From positions 64,001 through 128,000 of the forward strand of contig CBDCCS010000018.1 of the NCBI GenBank assembly GCA_965214935.1: a DNA stretch of 64,000 bases, written 5' to 3'. Numbering within the stretch: the first letter of the stretch is position 1; each line of letters begins with the position of its first letter. The position numbers and the translations under genes are program-made. This stretch comes from Candidatus Velthaea sp. GTDB lineage: Bacteria; Vulcanimicrobiota; Vulcanimicrobiia; Vulcanimicrobiales; Vulcanimicrobiaceae. Positions 49,201 to 57,389 of this stretch are shown piece by piece. The notes beneath the pieces are model-generated. The model worked only from the letters and a program-made list of their open reading frames with translations, was not told the DNA's origin and did not search any database.

Positions 49201-49772
49201 GCACGGTCGTTGCAAATCACGTGAATGCAAGCTTCGTCAAATTGCAGTTGGGCGACGCCGGGGCTGCAAAGACCCTGGCCGGTACCGCGCTCGACCTGGC
49301 GCGTACGATCGCCTATCCCGTCTTTGAAGCGGCCGCGCTCGCGAATCTCGGCAATGCCGAACGCGCTTTAGGTCATTTCGACGCAGCGATCGGGCATATG
49401 GAGGCCGGCATCGCACTTCGCCGCCCGTTGCAAGAACCGCGCGACTTCGTGGACGATCTCGCCGATCTTGCGCTCGCGTATGCCGGCGCCGGTCGGAGCG
49501 CGGATGCACTGCTCATTGCGAACGAGTTATGTTCCATCGACGACGGCGCGTTCGGAAGCGCGTTTTGGCCGCATTACCCGCGTTGGGCCATCACTCAGAG
49601 TTTCGCTGCAGCCGGCGACTTCAACCGAGCCAGCGACTCGGCGGCACGCGCGCGATGCGAACTGCAGGCATTCGCCGATCGGATCGACGATCGCCGCGCT
49701 CGCGCCGCCTTTTTGGCGGTCCCGATTAACGTCGAGATTGCCGACACAATCTTCGAGCCACACATCGCCTGA
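46260..49772 (+). CDS. SARP/BTAD - STAND ATPase - TPR regulator
   Basis: YTGDLL..W...ERE, DPWRE, GEAGIGKT, LEDLHWA, SEGNALF, TPR-like tail. Confidence 0.9.
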   Translation: MSESAAGQARTLAGARHGQLDIRLFGQAQMCWNGTALKFAKRNRTIAMLARIILQRGAPISRDSLAYSIFPDDDEATALAEMRRYLYLAGKALPERAGEPWLIADSDTVRWNAEAGATIDVIAFEEFARDARTHDRAFDLYTGDLLEEIYDEWIVAERERLRARYLGILDASLARFRSERKYTAAIACAKRTLAADPWREDTLRALMSTRYAAGDTAGALAEYERFARQLRDELSIAPMPETLALRQSIVRNEAVPGALADRPDEPGKRTPVKLLPFAGRTREMTMLHAAWTRAARGAGTFVLIEGEAGIGKTRLTDELSRSVQSEGGRVFVGTTAAPESTSYQAIIEALRSAMPLLLARPPGAARRATLARLLPELHDAAAPDIAPPAQSAERELARLYDALADAVRRLASPRPALLVLEDLHWAGSATIEALGEIARELIRVPIMIVATCREEETPARHPLRLLVRSLATFANVSELQVPRLSVDDLSDLVARVDRLRGCPPAFARDLHVQSEGNALFVSEFISAALEDDWHMRTDASSITSVITSRIAQLGEVAVTVAEIAAVAGPGCSIGLVRDVSNLPAAEVARGFDELLDRRILREAGARARYDYVFTHHLIADAIYAGINADLRARRHSRIAHRLEAEQQLHFPMSEREIARHHERAGESDVAAEWYVKAASAAAQMHAYGDVTDLATLALRLSPKLDVARAALDIRERAYGLRGERAGQRADIDALQQLAGTDPRSRFDVLMRRVLLARTLGESDEEGRLIAELHRETKFDDRAHAQALIQAATHSGLRSRPAEALGPAREALAVYERIGDVRGQLECFYVLVDQTANVGDLTASRAYLARMHDRAGNLSDKLVESRATAVAAQAALLRADYRASYDLSVQALALQIETNDRDGEAQSRGRCAASAAWLGDFTIALRDFERALETYAAIGNKRGLALTHTNRTLLLMRLGLFEEALASIEQSNLLFAVAHEERTVVANHVNASFVKLQLGDAGAAKTLAGTALDLARTIAYPVFEAAALANLGNAERALGHFDAAIGHMEAGIALRRPLQEPRDFVDDLADLALAYAGAGRSADALLIANELCSIDDGAFGSAFWPHYPRWAITQSFAAAGDFNRASDSAARARCELQAFADRIDDRRARAAFLAVPINVEIADTIFEPHIA

Positions 49773-49796
49773 ACGCAGCCGTTTCTGCAATGTGCG

Positions 49797-50708
49797 CTAT
49801 CGTTCGTGATACCAGCGTAATACGCGCATCGCGCGCAGGGTATTCCAGCGGCTCGCTTTACCGCGTTCTGCTTCCATTCCGAAGTTCAATCGATCGGCAT
49901 GCAGCAGGTTTATCGGCCAGCGGCCATTCTGACGGCGACGAGCTTCGACAATTGAAATTGCCTCGGCTACGCGCTTATCGGGCGTGCATCCGGCGCTGCG
50001 CAAATAATCGAGCCCGCGTAAGATATCGTAGTGCCAGAAAGTCGGAAATGCAAAACGCGTCCAGCGGCGATCGATGATTTCACCGGTCGATAAGCGTCTG
50101 AACATGCGGCGCTCTAGAAGATAGTCGTGGGCCTTGGCGCGCGCATCGGTGACGCCGGATGCGACGCCCCACCTACGTTCGTGCTCGAGCAGACCTTCGA
50201 GAACGCGAATGGTCGAATGAAACGACGAGCGTGTACTGGGTGGCGCTTCGCAGTTCCATCCGCCGTCGGCAAGTTGCTCGTCCAAAAGCCGATCCACGAT
50301 CGCATCGCACCGGACGCCGAAGTAACTGCCGAAAGCAAGAATTGCGCCGTTGATGCATGGTTCCGTTTCGCCGTCGAAATAGGGGCGATCACCCAACGTC
50401 TCCCACGTTAGCTGCAACGAAACGCGCGAGAGCGCGCGACGCGCTTCTACGCTCGAAGGATCGACGCCAAGCTCGCGTAGGAGTGCGAGGGCGTCCATGC
50501 TGATCATCCAGCCGGGGTCGGTGCGACTGCCCCACCAGCCCTCGGGAGCCTGACGATCGAGCAACTCGCGGCCCCAACCTTCCCGAGCGACCCGCGACCG
50601 CTCGCTAGCGACGACGTCAGCCGGCTCACGCGTCACATCGCGCATCACTTGCCAGCGAATCGCCGGATCTCCGGCCAGCAGCCAACGGATTACGCTCGCC
50701 TCGCTGAT
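49797..50708 (-). CDS. Prenyltransferase/squalene-cyclase-like repeat protein
   Basis: WLL.GDPAIRWQV, Q..DGGWNC, SRWNTLRA; ATC start inferred. Confidence 0.75.
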   Translation of the reverse strand: MSEASVIRWLLAGDPAIRWQVMRDVTREPADVVASERSRVAREGWGRELLDRQAPEGWWGSRTDPGWMISMDALALLRELGVDPSSVEARRALSRVSLQLTWETLGDRPYFDGETEPCINGAILAFGSYFGVRCDAIVDRLLDEQLADGGWNCEAPPSTRSSFHSTIRVLEGLLEHERRWGVASGVTDARAKAHDYLLERRMFRRLSTGEIIDRRWTRFAFPTFWHYDILRGLDYLRSAGCTPDKRVAEAISIVEARRRQNGRWPINLLHADRLNFGMEAERGKASRWNTLRAMRVLRWYHER

Positions 50709-50720
50709 GACGCTCTTCTT

Positions 50721-51653
50721 TCAAGTTCCCGAGCGAGACAACAGCGCAAGCAGCGTTGCAAGGTACGCCGTCGCTGCGCCGGCAAACGTCGCTGCGGCGT
50801 TGACCAGATCGTTCGACATGCCGTGTAATCCGCGAACCAACATTGTCGGTGAACCACAAACATGTGGATCGGTCTCGCAGGTTCGCTCGCAAACGGGACA
50901 GCGCCGAAGTTCTTGCAGCGTTGCGCCAAGGATTGAATCGATGGTTGCACCTGCAACGCCGCCCGTGACGACCGCTACGATCAGTCGTAGATATTCGTTC
51001 GGCTGCGAGTGAACGATTGCACCATTAGCATGAAATGTAGCGAACGCGGCAACGCTCGCAAACGCAATCCAGCCCGCTCCGGCGACTTCAGCCAACGTTC
51101 CGGCAATGGTGATTCCGCCCGATAGACCCGCTGCAATCGGGCGCAACGTGACGATCGACCGCGGCGTTCCGCGCGCGAGCGTGCCGATCTCGGTTCCCCA
51201 CGTATCGGCGGTCGCTGCCGCATACGCGCCGGCAAACGCCGCGAGCCAACAGACCGGCTGCATCAGCGCAGCGCCGTCCCTCGCGATCGTAGGCGGAGGC
51301 GTGGCAATTGCGTGACTTCCTAGGTGATAAGCGGCAGGGCTTAGTCCGGCAATAACGGCGCAAATCGTCGCAATGCCGCCGTTGGCGAGCACCTGTTGCG
51401 CATCGCGTGCTCCGCCTTTACCAATATCGACCAGCCGTTTCTTGCGTGCCCGGCCAACCCGGCTTAACGCTACCGACGGCAAAAAGAACGCAAGTAACAC
51501 GAGGGCAAATGCAACGCCGCCCGCACCGAACGTAAAGGTGCCGACGACGAATGCCGCAACCGCGCCCCCGCGCGTAAGCGCGCGTGCTCGCAGCGCAAGA
51601 GCCGCGATCGCGCCGGCAAAAAGGGCGCCAAGCCCGAAGGTTGCCGGCGTCAG
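50721..51653 (-). CDS. DUF92 (TMEM19/VTE6-like) membrane protein with a C-terminal Cys motif
   Basis: R...QVLANG, ADTWGTEIG, SGGIT, DSILGATLQ, NDLVN; CTG start inferred. Confidence 0.88.
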   Translation of the reverse strand: MTPATFGLGALFAGAIAALALRARALTRGGAVAAFVVGTFTFGAGGVAFALVLLAFFLPSVALSRVGRARKKRLVDIGKGGARDAQQVLANGGIATICAVIAGLSPAAYHLGSHAIATPPPTIARDGAALMQPVCWLAAFAGAYAAATADTWGTEIGTLARGTPRSIVTLRPIAAGLSGGITIAGTLAEVAGAGWIAFASVAAFATFHANGAIVHSQPNEYLRLIVAVVTGGVAGATIDSILGATLQELRRCPVCERTCETDPHVCGSPTMLVRGLHGMSNDLVNAAATFAGAATAYLATLLALLSRSGT

Positions 51654-53152
51654 GCCGAAACGGCGGTATCGAGTGCGAGCACGAGGCCATCAACCGTGAA
51701 GGCATCGGCGATGATGTCGACGCGGATGCCCGCTTCGCGCGCCGCTGCGGCGGTGACCGGACCGATGCACGCAACTAGCTTAGCGGCGCACAACGATGCT
51801 GCGGCGGGGACATTCGCAATAAAACCGTTAACGGTGCTCGCACTCGTGAACGTAATGATATCGGCGCCGGCAGCCTTCGCGGCTAATTCGGCATCGTCGA
51901 TAATGCGCGTCTTGTACGCCGCGACGTCGGTGACGCTGCGGCCCGCCGCGCGTAACGCATCCGGCACGACGTCGCGTGCTTCTTGTGCGCGAAACAGCAG
52001 AACGCGGTCGCCCGGCTGGGTTCGCTCGAGCATGCCGTCCGCAACCGCCTCGTTGATAAACGTCGACGGCATGAAATCGACGCGCAATCCGCGTGCGGCA
52101 AGCGCTTCAGCGGTTTTCGGTCCGATTGCCGCGACTTTCGCATCGCCGAATGCGCGTGCATCGCGACCGCGTTCGCTCAAGCGATCGAAGAACGCATCGA
52201 CGCCGTTCCGGCTCGTAAAAATGACCCAAGCGAAATCACGTACGCGTTCAACGGCATCGTAAGCCGGTGCGACCTCGTCCGGCGGAGCGATCGCAATCGT
52301 CGGCGCGACGATCGGCTCGGCACCGAGTTCCCACAATCGCGCTGAGAATTCATCGGCTTGCACGGCCGGCCGCGTCACCAGGACGCGCTTACCGAACAGC
52401 GGACCGTTATCAAACCAGCGAATCGCTTCGCGTTCGTTGACGACGTCGCCGACGACGACGATTGCCGGCGCAGCAAATTTCGTGCGCTCGACTTCGGCAA
52501 CGATCGTATCGAGCGTCGCGACGAGCGTTTCTTGCGTCGGCTTCGTGCCTTCACGAACGATCGCGACCGGCTTATCGCCGGGAATACCGTGCTTGCGCAA
52601 TTCGCCCATGATGGCGGCCAAGTTGCCCATCGCCATGAGAAAGACGATCGTTTGTTTCGGGTTGGCGAGCTTCGCGTAGTCGAGCGTCGACTGGCCTTTG
52701 AGCGGGTTCTCGTGGCCGGTCGAGATCGAAAACGACGTGTTGTGATCGCGGTGAGTGATCGGAATGCCGGCGTACGCGGGCGCGGCGATTGCCGACGTTA
52801 TACCCGGCACGATCTCGAACGGCACGCCGGCCTCATGCAAAGCTTGCGCTTCTTCGCCGCCGCGCGCGAACACGAAGACGTCGCCGCCTTTGAGTCGCAC
52901 GACTTTGTGCCCGTCGACGCCGAGCTTGACGATCAACTCGGTAATTTCGTCTTGCGTGAGCGTATGCGCGCCGGCTTTCTTGCCGACGTAAATCCTTTCG
53001 CAATCCGGCGGCGCTAAGTTGACGATCGCCGCTGAAGCGAGATAATCGTAAACGAGCACGTCGCATTGGGCGAGTGCGCGCGCGCCTTTAAGCGTAAGGA
53101 GACCCGGATCGCCGGGTCCGGCCCCGACCAGCCAGACTTTACCGACCGGCAC
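51650..53152 (-). CDS. cobA: Uroporphyrinogen-III C-methyltransferase / uroporphyrinogen-III synthase fusion (CobA-HemD)
   Basis: VGAGPGDPGLLT, RLKGGD; HemD VLVTRP, FTS.NGV, IGP.TA. Confidence 0.95.
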   Translation of the reverse strand: MPVGKVWLVGAGPGDPGLLTLKGARALAQCDVLVYDYLASAAIVNLAPPDCERIYVGKKAGAHTLTQDEITELIVKLGVDGHKVVRLKGGDVFVFARGGEEAQALHEAGVPFEIVPGITSAIAAPAYAGIPITHRDHNTSFSISTGHENPLKGQSTLDYAKLANPKQTIVFLMAMGNLAAIMGELRKHGIPGDKPVAIVREGTKPTQETLVATLDTIVAEVERTKFAAPAIVVVGDVVNEREAIRWFDNGPLFGKRVLVTRPAVQADEFSARLWELGAEPIVAPTIAIAPPDEVAPAYDAVERVRDFAWVIFTSRNGVDAFFDRLSERGRDARAFGDAKVAAIGPKTAEALAARGLRVDFMPSTFINEAVADGMLERTQPGDRVLLFRAQEARDVVPDALRAAGRSVTDVAAYKTRIIDDAELAAKAAGADIITFTSASTVNGFIANVPAAASLCAAKLVACIGPVTAAAAREAGIRVDIIADAFTVDGLVLALDTAVSA

Positions 53153-53160
53153 TGCGGATC

Positions 53161-54504
53161 TTACTCGGCGTTGTCCGCGTCAATCGCCGCGACGGGAATC
53201 GCCGCGACCGGCATGGCGGTTTCTTCGTGCTTCGTTCGCAGGTCGAACAGCTCGTCGAGCATCAAGGCGTGCGTCATTGCTTCGGCGCGATTCTCGACGG
53301 CTTTGTCGCGAATTTTGACGACTGCGGTGTGCAGCAATTTTGAGATGATTGTGAGCGATGCGCCGGTGATGAGCATACGCTCGCGTTCGGTGAGTTCCGG
53401 GCAGCGCGAGAACAACCGCTCGATTTCAGATTCGCGAATGAGTTCGGCTTTTTTCGTCAGTGAACTGATGACCGGAACCGCGACGCGCGATTGATACCAT
53501 TGATGAAAGCGCTCGGAGTGTTCGGAGATGATCTCTTCGACGAGCGGGATGGCTTCACGGCGATGTTCGATCGTATCGTCGACGACGTGCTGTAAGGCAT
53601 CGATGTCGACGACGTGCACGCCGGGGATGCGCGCCACTTCAGGATCGACGTCGCGCGGTACCGCGATGTCGATGATCGTCAACGGCCGATTCGGCCGGGC
53701 CAGCATTGCTTCGGCTACGTTGCCGGGCGTTAAGATAAAGTGCGACGCACCCGTCGACGTAATGACGATGTCGGCCGACTGCATTGCTTCGACTAAACCC
53801 GGCATCTCGAGCGCGCGGCCGACGCCAAGCTCCGCAACGATCGAACGCGCCCGGTCGTGCGAGCGGTTGATGATGCTGATCTCACTTCCGCCTTCGAGCT
53901 TGAGCCGTTTGGCCGCGAGCGCGCCCATCTTGCCCGCACCTACGACGAGCACGGCTTTCGCTGCAAGCGGCCCCGAGTGCGCCTTGGCGAACTCGACGGC
54001 CGCGGTCGAAACGGAGGTCGATTCATTGCCGATCGCGGTGTGCGACCGCGCTTCTTTGCCGGCGTTGAGCGCCTCGCGAAAGAGCGTATGCAGCGTTTTG
54101 CCGAGCGAACGCGCGCGCTGCGCTTGGATGAACGCATCTTTGACTTGGCCGAGGATCTCGGCTTCGCCGATGAGCATCGAATCGAGTCCGGTGCTCACGC
54201 GGAAGAGATGATCGATCGCCTGACTTCCCAGCAGCGTGTACATGTACGATTCCATGTCGCCCACGTCGCCGTGCCGGAAGTTCGTTAAAAACTGCTTGAG
54301 CTGATTGACGCCCGTTTCATAGTCTTCGAGTTCGGCATAGATCTCGAGCCGGTTGCAGGTCGCGACCATCACCGCTTCACGCACTGCTTCGTAGTCGCGC
54401 AGCGCGATCAGCGCCTCGCCCATCCGATGCGTCGGGAACGCATGGCGTTCGCGGACTTCGACGGGCGCGGTGTGATGACTGAGACCTAGACAAACGAGCG
54501 GCAC
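53161..54504 (-). CDS. hemA: Glutamyl-tRNA reductase
   Basis: TCNR.E, GLDSM..GE..ILGQVK, DIAVPRD. Confidence 0.97.
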   Translation of the reverse strand: MPLVCLGLSHHTAPVEVRERHAFPTHRMGEALIALRDYEAVREAVMVATCNRLEIYAELEDYETGVNQLKQFLTNFRHGDVGDMESYMYTLLGSQAIDHLFRVSTGLDSMLIGEAEILGQVKDAFIQAQRARSLGKTLHTLFREALNAGKEARSHTAIGNESTSVSTAAVEFAKAHSGPLAAKAVLVVGAGKMGALAAKRLKLEGGSEISIINRSHDRARSIVAELGVGRALEMPGLVEAMQSADIVITSTGASHFILTPGNVAEAMLARPNRPLTIIDIAVPRDVDPEVARIPGVHVVDIDALQHVVDDTIEHRREAIPLVEEIISEHSERFHQWYQSRVAVPVISSLTKKAELIRESEIERLFSRCPELTERERMLITGASLTIISKLLHTAVVKIRDKAVENRAEAMTHALMLDELFDLRTKHEETAMPVAAIPVAAIDADNAE

Positions 54505-54535
54505 GAGAAACCCCCAAGTGCTTTGACGCCGGACG

Positions 54536-55837
54536 TCACGTCCGCGCTCCGGCGAGAAGCTCTGTCAATGTGCTGTCGGCCGCGGCGATGGTCGTATCGA
54601 TCTGCGCTTCGGTATGAGCGGCCGAGAGAAACCCGGCTTCAAACGGAGATGGCGCAAAATAGATGCCGCGATTCAACATCCCATGGAAGAACTTCCCAAA
54701 GAGTGCCACATCGGCGGTCTTCGCCGACGTGAGATTCGTCACCGGGCCCGAGGCAAAGAAAAAACCGAACATCGAACCGGCGCGGGCGGTCGTGTGCGGG
54801 ATCCCGTGTGCCTCGAATACTCGGTGCATGCCGTCGATCATACGCGAACCAATGCGTTCGAATCGTCCGTAGACACCGGGTTCGCGAAGTCCGCGCAAGG
54901 TCGCGATCCCGGCGGCCATTGCCAGCGGGTTCCCCGACAGCGTTCCGGCTTGATAGACCGGACCTTCCGGTGACAGCCGGCTCATGATGTCGGCACGGCC
55001 GCCGAAGGCACCGACGGGCAGCCCGCCGCCGATGACTTTCCCGAGCGTGGTAAGGTCGGGCAAGATGCCGTCACGGCCTTGCACGCCGCCCGGACCAACC
55101 CGGAAGCCGGTCATCACCTCGTCGAAGATCAGCAGAGCGCCGTCGTTTTCGGTGAGCTCGCGAAGACCGGCGAGAAACCCGGGCTCGGGTAACACCAGCC
55201 CCATGTTGCCGACGACGGGCTCGATGATGAGCGCCGCGATTTTGCCCGGGTTGGCCGCAAAAGCGGCGGCGACGGCGTCAAGGTCGTTGTACTCAACGAC
55301 GATCGTGTCGGCTGCGACGCCGGCCGGAATCCCCGGCGAATCGGGGACGCCGTTCGTCAGCGCGCCGCTACCGGCGGAAATCAGAAACGCATCGCCGTGG
55401 CCGTGATAACAACCGGCAAATTTGATGACTTTCTCACGGCCGGTAAAGCCGCGCGCCAGGCGCAGCGCGCTCATCGTCGCTTCCGTGCCGCTCGAACAGA
55501 ACCGCACCTTTTCAACCGATGGCACCATATCGATGACGAGCTCGGCCAGCTCGCTTTCGGCTTCGGTCGGCGCACCGAAGCTCGTTCCGCGCGCAGCCGC
55601 CCGTGCCACGGCTTCGATGACCGGCGGATACGCGTGGCCGAAGACGAGCGGTCCCCACGACATCACGTAATCGATGTACGAGTTGCCGTCGATGTCGGTG
55701 AACGTCGCGCCGCTGCCTTCACGGATGAAGACCGGACTGCCGCCGACGGAACGAAAAGCACGAACCGGTGAGTTCACTCCGCCCGGGATGACTTGCTTCG
55801 AGCGCTCGTAGGCGGCTAGGGAACGCTGGTGATTCAC
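54536..55837 (-). CDS. hemL: Glutamate-1-semialdehyde 2,1-aminomutase
   Basis: PGGVNSPVRAF, SGTEATM, GKVIGGG, YQAGTLSGNP. Confidence 0.97.
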   Translation of the reverse strand: MNHQRSLAAYERSKQVIPGGVNSPVRAFRSVGGSPVFIREGSGATFTDIDGNSYIDYVMSWGPLVFGHAYPPVIEAVARAAARGTSFGAPTEAESELAELVIDMVPSVEKVRFCSSGTEATMSALRLARGFTGREKVIKFAGCYHGHGDAFLISAGSGALTNGVPDSPGIPAGVAADTIVVEYNDLDAVAAAFAANPGKIAALIIEPVVGNMGLVLPEPGFLAGLRELTENDGALLIFDEVMTGFRVGPGGVQGRDGILPDLTTLGKVIGGGLPVGAFGGRADIMSRLSPEGPVYQAGTLSGNPLAMAAGIATLRGLREPGVYGRFERIGSRMIDGMHRVFEAHGIPHTTARAGSMFGFFFASGPVTNLTSAKTADVALFGKFFHGMLNRGIYFAPSPFEAGFLSAAHTEAQIDTTIAAADSTLTELLAGART

Positions 55838-56403
55838 GTGAGAACCTCGCGGATAGCCGCATAATCGGCCGGAGTGTTGACGTTGGTAAACAGGCGCTCG
55901 TCGTCGATGTCGACGTAGCGCGCGGCCAGCGAGTCGATAACGACGCGCAATGCACCGGTTCCCGCGCGCAGTATCGGCAGCGCCGTGCGCACAAACGCCT
56001 CGCGATCGTACAGCGCGGCCAACGGCTCGATCCGGCCGTGATGCCGCGGCACGACGGCCTCGTCGCCGCTTCGGCGCAATGCCGACAGCCGGTCGATGAA
56101 GCCGCGAATGAGGTACGGCGCGTCGCCGGCTGCGGCAAATACCCAGCGACTGCGCATCTCTTGCATCGCCGAAAGCATGCCGGCGAGCGGACCGCGCAGC
56201 GGCCAGCGATCGACGACCATCGGGCAGGGCAGCAGCACATCGATATCGGCCGGAAACGTGCTGTTACACGAAATGAATGTCTCGCCGCCGGCCAGGTTGT
56301 CGTACACGCGCACGATCATCGGTGTCAGGCCCGCGGCGAGTTGCAACTTGTTCGGTAGACGCGTCGCCTCGCCGCCGGCGAGAATCAACACACCGATGTC
56401 TAT
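55834..56403 (-). CDS. mobA: MobA-like NTP transferase
   Basis: ILAGG..R...K, GPLAG, EPL.ALY, NVNTP.DY; start ATA 56403 or GTG 56391. Confidence 0.85.
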   Translation of the reverse strand: MDIGVLILAGGEATRLPNKLQLAAGLTPMIVRVYDNLAGGETFISCNSTFPADIDVLLPCPMVVDRWPLRGPLAGMLSAMQEMRSRWVFAAAGDAPYLIRGFIDRLSALRRSGDEAVVPRHHGRIEPLAALYDREAFVRTALPILRAGTGALRVVIDSLAARYVDIDDERLFTNVNTPADYAAIREVLT

Positions 56404-57389
56404 TATCGGCTCCGTAGATAGTCTTTGGCAAAATACGTGATGATGATATCGGCGCCCGCGCGGGCAAAGCCGGTCAGCATCTCATCGACGGCGCGCGCTT
56501 CGTCGATCCAGCCGCGTTCCGCGGCGGCTTTAAGCATCGCGTATTCGCCGCTAACGTTGTAGCACGCCACGGGCAGATCGATCTGTTCGCGCGTCTGACG
56601 GATCAAGTCCATGTATGCCAGCGCCGGCTTGACCATAAGGATGTCGGCGCCTTCGACAACGTCGAGCCGGACTTCGCGCGCCGCTTCACGACCGTTCGCG
56701 GGGTCCATTTGATAGGTGCGCCGGTCGCCGAAAGCCGGCGTCGAACCGGCGGCTTCACGAAACGGGCCGTAAAATGCCGACGCGTATTTCGCCGCATACG
56801 ACATGATCGTCGTGCCGCTGAAACCATCGCCGTCGAGCGCGCCGCGTATCGCGCCGATGCGGCCGTCCATCATGTCGGACGGCGCGACGATGTCGACGCC
56901 GGCGCGCGCGTAACTGATCGCCGTACGCATGAGAATCTCGAGCGTCCGGTCGTTGTCGACGTCGCCGCGTTCATCGATGATGCCGCAGTGACCGTGGTCG
57001 GTATATTCGCAATTGCATAAATCAGCGATGACGAGCATCTGCGGCAGCGCATCTTTGATCGCGCGCGCCGCGCTTTGCACCAGACCGTTGGGATCGTCGT
57101 TGCCGCTGGCGATCGGATCTTTGTCATCCGGTACGCCGAACAGCAGCACGGACCGCACGCCGATCGCCGCCAGCTCGCGCGCTTCGCGCACGGCGGCGTC
57201 GACGGAATAGCGCGAAACGCCGGGCATCGAGCCGATCGGGGTGCGCACGTCGCGACCGGGGATGATAAAAAGCGGCTGTACCAAGCCGTCGAGATTGATC
57301 CGCGTTTCGCGCACCAGCGCGCGCATTGCCGGACTCGAGCGTAACCGGCGCGGGCGCTCGCGCAAAGCGAAGCGTTCGGCGACATCCAT
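56403..57389 (-). CDS. hemB: Porphobilinogen synthase (Zn-type)
   Basis: CNCEYTDHGHCG, PSDMMDGR, MVKPA. Confidence 0.97.
   Translation of the reverse strand: MDVAERFALRERPRRLRSSPAMRALVRETRINLDGLVQPLFIIPGRDVRTPIGSMPGVSRYSVDAAVREARELAAIGVRSVLLFGVPDDKDPIASGNDDPNGLVQSAARAIKDALPQMLVIADLCNCEYTDHGHCGIIDERGDVDNDRTLEILMRTAISYARAGVDIVAPSDMMDGRIGAIRGALDGDGFSGTTIMSYAAKYASAFYGPFREAAGSTPAFGDRRTYQMDPANGREAAREVRLDVVEGADILMVKPALAYMDLIRQTREQIDLPVACYNVSGEYAMLKAAAERGWIDEARAVDEMLTGFARAGADIIITYFAKDYLRSR

Noticed and set aside
46260..49772. Avs/NLR-type anti-phage STAND protein
   Set aside because: The N-terminus is a BTAD transcription-activator module rather than a nuclease or other effector, and the gene sits in host-like GC context.
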